Of a stretch of DNA of 64,000 nucleotides, positions 1 to 13,907 are shown piece by piece. The stretch lies in assembly GCF_009914755.1 (NCBI RefSeq), contig NC_060939.1, one strand, 5' to 3'. The translations under genes were made by a program, and so were the position numbers. The first letter of the stretch is position 1; each line of letters opens with the position of its first letter. The DNA is from the human T2T-CHM13v2.0 reference genome, Homo sapiens. The notes below the pieces were generated by a model. That model saw only the letters and a list, made by a program, of their open reading frames with translations, made no database searches and was not told where the DNA came from.

Positions 1-731
1 CTTGAAACTATTAAATTACTAAAAGAAAACACAGGGGAAAAGCTTCTTGACATTGGTCTGGGCAATACTTTTTTGGAACATGACAACAAAAGCATAGACA
101 ACAAAAACAGAAATAGACAAGTGAGATTGTATCAAACTAAAAATCTTCTGCACAGCAAAAGAGACAATCAACAGAGTGAAAAGGCAATCTATGGAATGGG
201 AGAAAATATCTGCTAACTATATATCTGATAAGGGGTTCATATCCAAAATATGTAAGGAACTCAAACAACTCAATAACAACCACAACAACAACAAAAAACA
301 TTAAAACATGGGCTAAGGACCTGAGTAGACACTTCTCAAAAGAAGAAGATACATACAGCCAACACGTATATGGAGAGGTGCTCAACATTACTAATCATCA
401 GAGGGATCCAAATCAAAACCACAGAGACATACCTGTTAGAATGGCTGTTATCAAAAAGACAAGAGATAACAAGTGTTGGTGAAGATGTGGAGAAAAGGGA
501 GTACTTGTACACTGTTGGTGGGAATGTAAATTGGTACAGCCACTCAGTATGAAAGTTCTGCAAACAATTAAAAATATAACTACAGTATGATCCATCAATC
601 CCACTTCTGGGTATATATCCAAAGAAAATGAAGTAAATACCTTGAAGAGTTATCTGCACCCTCATGTTCATGACAGCATTATTCAAAATAGTCACAACCT
701 GTGTCTATCAATGGACAAATGGGTGAAGAAA

Positions 732-770
<39 letters not shown>

Positions 771-1312
771 GTATGTGTGTGTGTGTGTATGTGAAATGGA
801 ATTATTCAGTCTTAGAAAAGAAGGAAATCCTGCCATTTGCAACAACATGGATGAGCCTGGAGGACATTATGCTAAGTGAAATTAGCCAGAACAGAAAAAC
901 AAATACTGAATGATTTCATAGGTGAAATCTAAAAAAGTCAAACTCGTACATGCAGAGAATAGAACAGTGGCTGCCAGTGGCTAGGAGGTGAAGGAAATGG
1001 GAAGTGTTTGTCAAAAAGTACAAAGGTTCACTTATGCTGGATGAATAAATTCTGAAGATCACTAGCACAGCATGGTGACTATAGTTAGTATTAATAATAC
1101 TATACTATACACTTGAAATTTGCTAAGAAATTTGATGTTAAGTATTCTTATCACACACACACACTCAAAAACTGTGACTATGTCGGGGGATGGATATGTT
1201 AGCCTGATTGCAGTAATCATTTCACAATGCATATGTATATCAAAAAGTCATGTTATACACTTTGAGAACATATAATTTTTTGTCCAGTGTACCTCAAGGA
1301 AGCTGAAAACCC
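1..1312 (+). mobile_element. L1MA8/L1MA9-like LINE-1, 3' end of ORF2 plus 3' UTR (truncated by window start)
   Basis: Typical L1 ORF2 end (aaaatcttctgcacagcaaaagagacaatcaacagagtgaaaaggcaa), L1MA 3' UTR motifs (ctgccatttgcaacaacatggatg; agcatggtgactatagtta) and terminal cctcaaggaagctgaaaa. Confidence 0.9.
739..792 (+). repeat. (TG)n microsatellite inside the L1 3' UTR
   Basis: Visible tg/ta dinucleotide run. Confidence 0.95.
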
Positions 1313-1329
1313 CATAAACAAAAATAGAA

Positions 1330-4300
1330 TCAATATTATAATTTACAATATTACCAAATGAAAATAGAAAAATAAATAATATGATCACCTTAATAGATTC
1401 AGACTGTACATTTGACAAAATTCAATATCTATTTATGATAAAATATCATATCAAACTAGAAATAGCAGGGAACATCATTACATTGTTAAAAAGTATCTTT
1501 AAAAAACCCTTACTGCAAACCTCATGCTTAGAAATAAAATATTGTATACTTTCCCCCTGGGATTAGTAGCAAGATGAGGAAGGCTGCTATCTCATCTGCT
1601 TAACATAGTACTGAAGGTCCTACCAAGTGCAATAAGGCAAGAAAAAGAAATAAAAGGCACAAGAATTAGAAAGAAAGAAAGTTGTGTTCACAGATGACAT
1701 GAATGTAGAGCTAGAAAATCTGAGAAGAATGTACAAACTATTGAAATTAATAAGTGAACTCAGCTAGGCCATTGTATGCAAAATTAATAAGAAATCTATT
1801 TTCTTTCTATAGCCCAGAAACAAAGAGGAAATGGCACTTTAAAAGGACACAATTTACATTAGTATCAACAAACACCAACTACTCAGGAATAAGTCTCACA
1901 AAATATGTGCAAGATCTACTCTGAAAACTATACAATATTATTGAGAAAAAGTGTAAAAGTCCTAAATGAAGTGAGAAATATGCCATGTTCATGGATTGAA
2001 AATGGAAAGATTCATTATTACAAAAATGTCAATTTTTCTAAATTAATCTATAAATTCAATATAATTCCAATCAAAATCAGTGTGTATGTATAAGTTTGGT
2101 GAACATAAACAACTTGCTTCTAAAATTCATTTACAAAGGGAAAATATCTAAAATATTTAAAACAATCTCTAAGAACTAAACTGGAGGACTTTCACTACCA
2201 GGTAACAAGCTATCATAAAGCTATAGTAATTATAGCAGTGTGGCAGATATACAGAGTAATGAAACAGATAAGACAGCCCATGAAGAGATTCATGCATATT
2301 CTGTTACCTGTTATGATAAAGGCCACACTATAGTGTAGCATGAGAAGGGATTGTCATTTCAATAGATGGTGCTAGGTTGATTGATTATCTACATGTAATA
2401 AAATGTATTTGGCTCACTACTTTGAACATGCACAAAGACAAATCCAGGTTGCAGATCTACATGTGAAAGGCAAAACAATAAAAAAATTAGAGGAAAATAT
2501 TACAGAATATTTTTATGGTCTTGAAGTAGGCAATGATTTTTTAAACAGGGCACAAATCATGAAAGAAAAAATGATAAATCAAACCATATAAAAATTAGAA
2601 CTTCTGTTTATCAAAAGGCACCATCAGGAGAGTGGAAATGTAACCCACAAAGTAGGTTATCCAACAAAGTACTCATATCCATACTACATAAAGAACATCT
2701 ACAAATCCCTAAGAAAAAACAAACACTTCGATTAATAAATGGGTGAAGTATATGATGAACCAGGCACTTCAAAAACAAGTATCCAAATCGCTAATAAAAA
2801 TATGAAAAGGTGCTCAAGTTAGTCATCAAAGAAATGCAAGTTAAAACCACAATGAGAATAAATTTGGATCCTTATCTCACACATACACAAAATTTAAGTT
2901 GAAGTGTATCATAGACCTAAATGTAAGAGCTAGAAATGTGTAACTCAGAAGAAAACATGGACATAAATTTTTGTGATCTTGGATCAATCAGGTATTTCTT
3001 AGATGTGACACCAAAAGCACAAATGATAAAACAGATTGTTAAGTTGGAATCTAACAAGATTGAAACCCTTGAGATTCCAAGAACATCAAGAAAGTAAAAC
3101 ACAATCCACAGAATGGGAGAAAATTTTTCAAATTATAAATTTGATAAGGGACTTGCATCCAGAGTACTTAAAAAAAGATCACAATTCAACTGTAATAATA
3201 GAGACATATAACCTACTTTCTTGCATGGGTTAATGATTTGAATAGCATTTCTCCAAAGGAGATATACAAATAACTAATAAGCACAGAGAAAATGTTCAAC
3301 ATTGACAGTCATTAGGGAAATGCCAACCAAAATCACAATGAGATATCCCTTCACATCCACTAGAATAATGATGAAAATAGATAATAACAAGTATTGGCAA
3401 GAATATGGAGAAATTGGGATTCTCATACATTGCTGCTGGGAATGGAAAATGAAAATGGTGCAGGAACTGTGCAAAACAGTTTGACAATTCCTGGTGGGTT
3501 TACCATATGATCTAACAATTCTGTTCACAGAAACTATTCAATAGAAATGAAAACATATATCCACACAAAAACTTGTACATATTATGAATAACTCTGCTAT
3601 GAACACCTGCATTGCTGGTGGGAATGTCAATTGGCACAGCCACTCTGGAAAACTGTTGGGCAGTGCAGCGTCTCCTGGAGTTGGACACATAGGCAATTCC
3701 ACTCCAGAATATATTCCTGAAAGATATGGACCAGAATGTTTTTAATCATACTATTTATAATAACCCCAAGCTAGAAACTACTAAGTACTTATTAACAGAA
3801 GAATGGATAAATACATTGTGGCATTTTCACACAATGTAATACTGTGTTGAAATGAGAGTGAGTGGTCTACAATAACACATAACAATAGGAGTCAATCTCA
3901 CAAATATCATGCTGAGTAAAGAAGTCAGATCTCAAAGCGTATATACTATGTAATTTCATTTAAATGAAGTTCACAAACAGGTGGAATGAATTGATACTTA
4001 CTTGGGTGAGAATGAGTTGGATTAGTGCTTACCCCTGGAGGCCAGTGACTGGCAAAGGGAGTGAAGGACTTACGAGATGCTATTGATGGTCTATTTCTTA
4101 ATCTGGGTGCTATATAAATGGGTGCGTTCAGTTTGTAACAATTCAGTGGGCTCTTATGATATATGTATTTTACTAATGTGTATCAATTTAAAAGTTAAAA
4201 AATTACCAAATATGAAAACAGCAAAAAAAATCTAGGAATAATTTAACAGAGATGGGCTAGCCCTTTATTAACAAAATTGTAAAACGTTATAGAAAGACAT

Positions 4301-5650
4301 TAAAGAAGACCTAAATAAATGAAGAGAGAGACCATGTTCTTGGATAGGAAGACACAATATCATCATCATGTCAGTTCTCCCTAAGTTGGTATGTAAATTT
4401 AATGTAATTCCAATTAAAATCTCAATAGTATTTTATTTTCTTTAACAAGCTGATTCTCAGATTTATATGGGAGAGCAAAAAGGTCACGAATAGCCAACAC
4501 ATTCAGATTTTAAAAAGAACCATCAAACCAGTGGTGGATTTACCAGACCAGGTACCACGATTTACCATAATGATATGGTAATTAAGGCAGTGTGATATTA
4601 GCATAGAAATGAAATGAAAAAGAGAGCCCAGAAATAAAGCCTCACATATGTAGAAGCTTGATATATGACAGACCAGATGCTGCAGACGTGCAGTGCTAAG
4701 ACAACTGGTTATCCATAAGGAAAAAAAGGGAAATTAGATTCCTACCTTATACAATACACAAAAACCAATTCCAGATGGAACAAAGGCTTAAATATAAAAG
4801 GAAAAACTATAAAACTATTGGAAGTTATATAAGAGAATATATTTATGACCTCAGGGTAGGAAACGATTCCTTAAGTAAAGCACAATAAATACAAACCATA
4901 AAGACAAAGATTGATCAATTTAACTATATTAAAATTAAGAATTTTGTCCCTTAGGAGACTCCATAAAAAGAATAAAAAGATAAGCCACAAACTAGGAGAA
5001 GAGAGTTGAAACACAAAAAACTAACAATAGATTGAGTAGCATCTAGAATATATAAATAAGAATCAATAAGAAAATGACAATTTAAAAAGGCAAAAGACAT
5101 AAACAGAGATTTTATAGAAGAGGAAACATAAATGACTTACAAGTGTAGGAAAAGAGGGTCAACTTCATTAGTAATGAGGGAAATGCAAATGAAAGCCACA
5201 TGATACAAAATTACACCCTAATGAGATGGGCAAAAATTAAAAAGTCTGACAACACCAAGTATTGGTGAGGATATGGAGGCATGGAACTCTCTTCCACTGC
5301 CAATGGGAGTATAAATTGATGAAACTATTTGGAAAGTAATTTAGCATTACCTAGTAGAGTTGAACATGCAAAAACCCTATGACTCGAATTCTACTTCTAG
5401 ATAAAGGCTCTTTTGCACATGTGCACCAGGGACCACTTTAAAGAGTGTTCATAGCAGAACTGTACTAGCCTTCAAAGAAAAACAATTCAAATGTCCATCA
5501 GCTGTAAAATAACTAAGTTCCAGCATGTTCAAACAAGGAAATACTATACAGCGATGGAGTGAACAAACTACAGCTGTGTAAAAACACACAATAATGTCAA
5601 AACAATGCCGGGTGAAAGCAGTAAGTCACAGAATAATTCATACAGCATCA
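1330..5650 (+). mobile_element. Cluster of old, degenerate L1M fragments (L1ME/L1MB/L1MC type). ORF2 3' regions restart near 2860 and 4200
   Basis: A-rich L1 ORF2-like sequence throughout (gtactgaaggtcctaccaagtgcaataaggcaagaaaaagaaataaaaggc; gaaatgcaagttaaaaccacaatgaga; gggaaatgcaaatgaaagccacatga). Repeated homologous segments imply at least three elements. Confidence 0.85.
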
Positions 5651-5759
5651 TTCAATTTATTTCCATTTTTTTAAAAAAGTACCCATTTTAATGTATACTT
5701 TTACGATTTTTGGCAAACACAGTCATGTAACTATTATCACAAATTAGTGTGTTTCATTA

Positions 5760-6112
5760 TTCAACACTGATATCTGTTGCAACATATATGATCCCTGAAA
5801 AATTATGCTAAGTAAAAGAAGCCAGTCACAAAACACCACGTATCATCTGATTCTGCTTATATGAGCTATCTGGAGTAGGCAGATCTATAGTGATGGAAAG
5901 CCAGATTAGTGGTTGCTGGGAGATATGGGGAGAGGGGAATGAGGAGTGACTGCTGATGAGGACAGGGTTTTTTTGGGGGGTGATAAAAATGTTCTGCAGT
6001 TAGATAGTGGTGATGGTTACACACTATGGGGATATACTAAACACCCCTGAATTGTTAATTGTAAAAGGGTAAATTTTATGATATGTGAATTATATCTTAA
6101 TCACAATAAAAA
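5760..6112 (+). mobile_element. L1MB-type 3' UTR end
   Basis: aattatgctaagtaaaagaagccagtcacaaaacaccac ... gattagtggttgc ... gtgatggttacaca ... atatgtgaattatatct ... aataaaaa. Confidence 0.8.
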
Positions 6113-6130
6113 ATACATATCAAGTGGTAA

Positions 6131-6474
<344 letters not shown>

Positions 6475-7259
6475 TAACTAAGAATCAAGGTATAGTTGCC
6501 TCTGGTGTGTGGAGGCTGGAAGTTACTACAGGGAATGGTGCGGGGGGGACAGTTCTAATACATTGGCAATATTTCTTTTCTTAGTTCAGGGGATGTGTAC
6601 ATGGTGACAGTATGACTCCATACACCATACGCCTGTCTCTGTGCACTCCCATTATGTATGATGTATATTATAATAAATAATTACTATACAATGAGGGAGT
6701 TGGATTAGAATGACCTCCCAGAGTCCTCTGCCCAGATGGTCTCCTGCTCTGGGGAAGTGACAGAGGAGTGGAAGCTGGGGAGCTACAATGCGCCCATTGT
6801 TGGTGTGGACATTCCAATGGAAAGGAGCCCTGCCAGGCTGACCTCAGGGGTGGTCTCTGGGGACTGCTGGCTGGCTGTCCCCTGGAAGTCCTAAGGGGGC
6901 TGTCAGCACGTGGCCTCTCAGCCAGGCACACTCAGATACCTGTGGCCCCCACCCAGAGCCTGCATCTTGGTGTGGGTGAGGGTATTCTTGTGAATAAAGT
7001 GTGTGAATATGATGGATAAACCTAAATACTGCATTACTGACCTGCAAGGACAACTCAGCACTCATGTTGGGGTGCTCACATTCTCTCCTGGAAGGGGGAC
7101 TGAGTAGGAGCCAGTATCACCAGCAGGAAGTGGCTTCGTGTGCTCAAGTGGGGCAGGGCACATCCCTGTCACACCTGGGTGACCTTGCATGAGGCTGGAA
7201 TCTTCATCGTCATTGATAAAATTTCCTGCCTCTCTCTCCTCAACAGGGACGACATGTCC

Positions 7260-7505
7260 TTCATTTAACCAACAAATGTTTATCAAGTGCTACCGTGAAG
7301 AAGGTTCCATCCTGGGCAGTGGGGACACAGCATTGAACAGAAGAGAGCTTAAAGTCAAACCATGAAGGTGAGATATAACCAAAAAACAGCTAAAAATAAA
7401 GTTACACATTGTGATAAATGCAAGGGAAACTCATCCATGTGCCAACCACTCCTAGACCCTAGAGAAGTGCCTGGCATAGGCATGGCCAGTAATAAATGAA
7501 TGATG
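7260..7505. mobile_element. L2 fragments (7260-7430 minus; 3' end 7450-7505 plus)
   Basis: tcatttaaccaacaaatgtttatcaagtgc...ggggacacagcattgaac; gtgcctggcatagg...aataaatgaatga. Confidence 0.65.
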
Positions 7506-7929
7506 AGAGACTGCATGAAGTGGATTTGTTACATGAATGACAATGTGGCCAGTCCACAGGCAAGGGCTGCCTCTCCACTGCCCTCCTGGGCACTGCCAGT
7601 GTTGGTCTGGGCACATCATCTTTCTCCACTCTTCTGTGATCAGCCAGCCCCTCTCCCCTCTGACCTACACATTGCTTCTTTGGACCTTTCCATGAGCACA
7701 TAACTCAGTTTTGCTGATGTGGGGACCAATCTGTCTCTGAAGGTCACTTTGCTTATTACTGCCCCGGTCTAATTTCCCAGGAGAGCATGCCCCTGAGGCT
7801 GCTGACATTGACAACACTTATTTGGCTATCACAGCGCAACCAGGGGAATCATTAGAATAGCCTAATGATGAGATGGTGATCACACCCCATACATAAGTAT
7901 GTATCCACTGAGGAGCAGTAATGCACCTA

Positions 7930-9210
7930 GGATTTAAATGACATGATCTCTTAGCACAGCGCTTAGAATGTACTAAGTCTCAATAAATGTTAGCTATAAT
8001 ATTATTATTATTACCATGGTTCAGAAAAGGGAGAGAGGGCTGGAGAACCTGGAACAAGCTTCATGGAGCAGGCAGAATGACTCCCTTAAAAGCAGAGTAA
8101 AAATTAGATAGGTGAGAAGGATGGCAGCAGTGGGGGAAATCGAGGCAGGGGATAGGGAGGGGTGGGTGAAGGTGGTGGCTCATTGGTGAGGAGCCCTCCA
8201 GGCCAGAGCATAAAGTTGGAGCTGAGGAGATGAGGGATGAGGAAGGATAGGTGAAGGGACCTGATGGGGTGAGGATGGGCTTTGAACCTGCATGTAAAAA
8301 GCTCTTTGCACCCCAGCAGAGACCAGGATTCCCTGCAACCTGCTGAAGGGCTTCTTGAAAGTCTCACCCTTCACCTCCTGAGATTACCCAGCCACATGTG
8401 ATGAATATATGAGGCAGTTGCCATTTTGGAAAGAGCATCATGTGGAGAATAAGGAAGACTCAAGGTCTCATCCTAGCTCTGCCTCGAACTGGATAAGTGA
8501 TACCATGCTGGTTCCTGTCTTCTACAGACCTCAGTTTCCTTATCCGTAAGATGGGGAGAGGGCAAGTACCTGAACTTTGAAGTTCCTGATCTCCACAAAA
8601 ACAAAAAACAAACCAAAATACCCACCCAACTCTAACCTTGCTACTCGTGTTTCAAAGCTTTTGCGGGGGGGCAAAGCTTCAGGTATTTTATTGGGTTGGA
8701 GTTCATGGAGAGGTTGCCATGAGCTGACCCTGTCTTACTTTTAGGTCTGAAAATTAACAAGGCAACTGTTGTCTCTGGTTCTGAATTTCAGAACTAATAT
8801 TTTTTTTAAAACCTCTTTAAATGCAAATTGGCTCCACACTAGCCCACAGGCGGCTGTGGGGTGGTGGAGGAAACTTTGGTCTTGGGATCAGTGGATGGGG
8901 GTAGAGTGCTGGCTCAGCCACTCACCATCCACTAGATCTTAATCAAGACATTTAACTTCCATGACCTCAGCTTTCTCGTCCCGACAGTAGTGTGGGAGGT
9001 CAGATGGACTGTGACCATAAGCATGTGTGACGGAAGTTAGTCATTACAGTCTTATCTTGTTTTTTGTTCAAAGTGTTGAAATTTGGTCATCACAAGTCTT
9101 GTGAGCCAGGGTGGATACTATCATCTCCATTTCCAGGTTGGGAAACTGAGGCTCAGAAAGGGGAAGTGAATTTTCTAAAGTCCCACAGCAATGGCAGAGC
9201 TAGGATTATA
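7930..9210. mobile_element. Several MIR fragments (about 7930-8015 +, 8430-8560 +, 8870-8990 +, 9090-9210 -)
   Basis: MIR core motifs cctcagtttccttatccgtaagatgggg and ggaaactgaggctcaga; 3' end ctcaataaatgttagctat. Confidence 0.7.
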
Positions 9211-10319
9211 AAGCCACTTTTTGTCTCCTCTGCACCATGACAACACTCCTGAAAACCTGCATTTTCACAACCACCATGCATGGAGATTTTGAATTCTCCA
9301 TTCTTGTCTTGCAGACACAGGTGAGGCCAGGCTGGTTTCTGCAGTGCTGAGTGGATGGAGTATTCCCTGACATCTGTGCTGCTGGGACAACCTGGCAGGG
9401 CCTCCTTGGGAGCAGCTCTCCAGCCTGGTCCATGAGAAAGAGCTCCTCCCCCAATCAGAGATGACCATGGCCCAGGAAGGCAAGGCAGGGCCATGTGGCT
9501 GTTGACCACAATCACCGGCAGGCCCCTGATTCCAGTAGCTGTCCCGGATGCTGCAACCCAGGCCTGTAATTTCTAGGCTGGGTCTGGACCAAGAGCAACC
9601 CCACTGCTGAATCAGTCACTCAATCAGTCCTATCTTATTATTTCTTGGCTCCCTGGCGGCACAGCTTTGCCTCCGGGAAGTAGTGCTCAGGAGTCTGCCT
9701 TCTGCTTGGCATGCCTGGGGTCTCCTCACTGTCTCCTGTCCTGCTCCCCAGAGCTCTCTTGCCTGGAGGAATCCATGACTCTCACTCCCTACCCTTCCCC
9801 CAGCCTCCCTCTGGCCTCTCTCATCAATTGCAAACCTTTCTGGTTCCATCCCACTGGCTGAATCATGCATTTCTTCTCCCCAGAGGGCCCCGGCTGGGGT
9901 TTCTGCCAGACAATCTGACAATCTATGCAGATAACTGCAGGGCACTTTCCCACACAAAAAAATGGGAAAATGGCGCAGAAATTAGAGAACTTGCCTCTCT
10001 TCTTCACCCTCCTCCAGTGCCCCACCGTTTCACAAAATGCCTGAGCTAAGCCAAAGAGGAGACCGTCTTAGGAGGACGACACAGGGACTTTGTACCACCT
10101 TCAGGTGCCTACTTCTTTCTTAGGTGGGCCAATAAGCTGACCATCCCTTCCTGGGCCCCAGTGCCCTGCAGAAGAGGTGGAGGACTCGGGCTGGTGAGGG
10201 AAGACCTGGTGTCCTAAAAGACCTTGGCATCTGCCACCATCGTCTCGATGGTGATGGCACTGGAGCATATAATCACTGCCCAGCAGGACTCACCGCATCC
10301 CCACTAGTCCCCCTTTATC

Positions 10320-10885
10320 TCTATCCCACACTGAAGCCAGAGTTTGCTTCCTGAAATGTAAATCTGTTTTGACTTGTCTCTGGTCTCCCTGTTAAAACCC
10401 ATCAATGGTTCCCTACTGCTCTCGAGGAATTGTCTGTCATGATTCCAAGGCCCTGCCTTGCCTGCTCACTTAACCCCAGCTTCTTGTGGGCCATTTGCCA
10501 CCCCCATGACTGCTCAGACCCCACCAGTCTTCAGCCAGTTCTCCAGGGCCACACTCCCTCCCATTGCAAGGCCCTTGTTCATGTTATTCTCTCTGCCCAG
10601 AGCACTCTTCCCCATCTGCTACCTGAACAACACCTGCTCAAACTCAGAACTTGGTCTCTGGGTCTCCAAGCCCAGTTCAGTCCCAGGCCTTCAGGCTCTG
10701 TCCCCCTCATAGCACCAAAAAACTCCTTATCACAGCAGAGTCATGGTGCAATTGCATGTTTGTCTGTGTGGTTATCTGATTGTCTGTCTCCTCCATAAGA
10801 GCAGGGAGCTTGTCTGCTTTTTCCCATTCCTATATACCCAGTACCTAGTACCCTGTGTGGCCTGGAACAAGTGTTCAATTAAGAT
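10320..10885 (+). mobile_element. L2 3' region
   Basis: aagccagagtttgcttcctgaaatgtaaatctg ... ctccataagagcagggagcttgtctg ... ccccagtacctagtaccctgtgtggcctggaacaagtgttcaatt. Confidence 0.75.
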
Positions 10886-11314
10886 ATGTAGTGTGGGAGA
10901 AGGAAATGCTGAATCTGCCTGGTGCCAAACTCCTGCGGTCCAAGAGCTCCCAACAGAGGTCACATGATGTACCCAGAGGAAGACACAGCAGAGTTGAGAG
11001 CTGTGGTTGGTTCAGTCCCGTTGCAAGTATGCAAAAGACATGTGTGTGCATCCTCAGGAAGTGTGTGTGCTTATGTGTGTTCACATCCAGTGTATGTATG
11101 TGTAGGCATCATCCATGGCCTAAACTCCTGGCAGGCCCAAATCTCTCTACTACATACCTGACAGAGGCTCACCAGCCTTTCACTGGACATTTTCCAGCGA
11201 CCAGGGAAGCTTCTTCATAGGTAGTATTTTAAAATATAGGCCCTGAGGTCAAATGGGCCTGGGCTGAAATCCCAGCTTCAGCACTGAGCATACTGTTTAA
11301 ATATTTGGGGCCCC

Positions 11315-11414
11315 AGCCAGGCACGATGGCTCACACCTGTAATCCCAGCACTTTAGGAGACTGAGGTGGGAGGATCACTTGAGCCAACGAGACTGAGACC
11401 AGCCTGGGTAACAT
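11315..11414 (+). mobile_element. Alu left monomer (FLAM-like or truncated AluJ)
   Basis: gccaggcacgatggctcacacctgtaatcccagcacttt...gagaccagcctgggtaaca. Confidence 0.88.
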
Positions 11415-11430
11415 AACCTGGGTAACACAC

Positions 11431-11432
<2 letters not shown>

Positions 11433-11474
<42 letters not shown>
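11433..11474 (+). repeat. (GT)n microsatellite, about 21 units
   Basis: Perfect gt run. Confidence 0.97.
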
Positions 11475-11476
<2 letters not shown>

Positions 11477-12199
11477 TTATTTATATTTGAAGCTTCAGCT
11501 TTCATTCTTGAAAAAGGGGGATGATGATTTCTACCTTAGAGGATGATAGTGAAAACTAAATGTAATACTGCATTTAATGTACTTAGCACCATGTGTGGCA
11601 TGCAATAAGAGCTCAATTGCTAGTGGCTATTAGCATTGCTAAAACTAATATTTGGCTCTTCTTCTAGGAGCAGTCTTTGGTTTTTTTCTCGGGTCCAACT
11701 TAATCAGCAATCAAGACTACCGTGTCCCTCAAAAGCCCAAAACATTTGTGAAAACCCTAAAGCTTAATGAAGATTTTGAGGTGAGATGAAAGCCAGGTAG
11801 TAATGTCATATACAACATAACAGTAGAGGTCCCCAGACATCTTTCTTATCCTGTTTGCTCTCCCCAAGTTTCTCCTACCTTGATACCTCAGTGATACACT
11901 TCCCCCACCCTTCCCCCATACAGCTCTTTACTACTCTGTCTGGCAGTTCAGCTCCAGCCCAAACTTGCATTCACCACTAAGGAAAAATGCCACAATTTTC
12001 CAGATCTCCCTTCCAGCAGTTATTTAACAATGGTAATCACATTTTGTTATGGAAGATTTCTTTTTGGGCATTTATTCCATTCTTAAGCCCAACTGCTGGT
12101 CATTGTTCCCCTTTCTAGCCCTGTGAATGCTATCTCAAAGAAGAAATGATGGTAAATATAATATTCTCCAACCTTCAAGTAAATCCTTTAACCCAATAT

Positions 12200-12310
12200 A
12201 TTGCAAGGTGAGTCTGTGATAAAATTCTTTCTTATGCGGAGCTGAAATCTGTTTCCCTGTAACTCATACCCCATGCGTAAATGCCCATGAAGTCCATATT
12301 CTCCTTCACA
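12200..12310 (-). mobile_element. L3/CR1-like fragment
   Basis: aaattctttcttatgcggagctgaaatctgtttccctgtaactcatacccc resembles the recalled L3 consensus gttcttccttatattgagctgaaatctgcctccctgtaacttccaccc. Confidence 0.55.
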
Positions 12311-12544
12311 AAACAAATCCTTAAAAACTCACATCCATTTCCTTTAGAAAACTTTCTTCAGTTTATTCTGGGATTCATTCTTGGCTGTGTGTCTGCCTGT
12401 CCTTTCAGCTTTCATAATGTCCTTTTTTCAGCTGTGGCTCCTGAGAAAACCTGATGCTTGGTTTATCAACCAACTCCCCTTAGCCTCCTTCATGACAGGT
12501 CGTATCTTTGCTGAATTTTCATTTGCTCTTATAAACTCTAAGAT

Positions 12545-12730
12545 ATAGTATTTCAAATTGAGATGGGAGATTGCCAGTCACTTCTAAATTGGATAGAGAG
12601 ATTATTAAAATGCAGATTCTGGGCTTCATCCCAGATCTAGGAAAGCCAAGCCTCTGGGTACAGAGCACAGGAGTAAACAAACTCTCCAGGAATTATGATG
12701 CCCAGTCAAAACTGCAAACCAGAACTCTAA
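12545..12730. mobile_element. MER5A/B-like hAT-Charlie DNA transposon relic
   Basis: ttaaaatgcagattctgggcttcatcccaga ... aacaaactctccaggaattatgatg ... aaaactgcaaaccag. Confidence 0.7.
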
Positions 12731-13054
12731 GGAAACCACAGATGTACCTGGTAAAATGGGGACTCCTTGCTCCTTGCACATTCTATTGCTCTTTCTCCCC
12801 AAGTGGATTTGGCTAAAGAAGGATGAAATTATTGATGGAGTTGGTCGTGAGAGGTGGTTTTTTTTGTTTGTTTGTTTTGTTTTTTTGGCTTTGGTGAGAA
12901 GTTGTTTAACAAGTAACAGAATGTTCCTTTCCTGGGGCTTTAGTAACGTTATTTCTGGAGCTACTGGGATTTCCAAAAATGCTCCAGAAGCTGATAAATT
13001 GAGCTAATTCCAAACCCGCTGGCCAGTTGCTCAACCATACTATGCATTTTTTGG

Positions 13055-13907
<853 letters not shown>

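Larger units (their letters stand above)
11225..11640 (+). mobile_element. MIR interrupted by an Alu monomer and (GT)n
   Basis: cctgggctgaaatcccagct before the Alu; cttcagctttcattcttgaaaaagggggatgatg...acttagcaccatgtgtggcatgcaataagagctcaa after it. Confidence 0.75.

Noticed and set aside
1-5650. Possible intact L1 ORF2
   Set aside because: Only short broken ORFs, from several old elements with many stops and frameshifts
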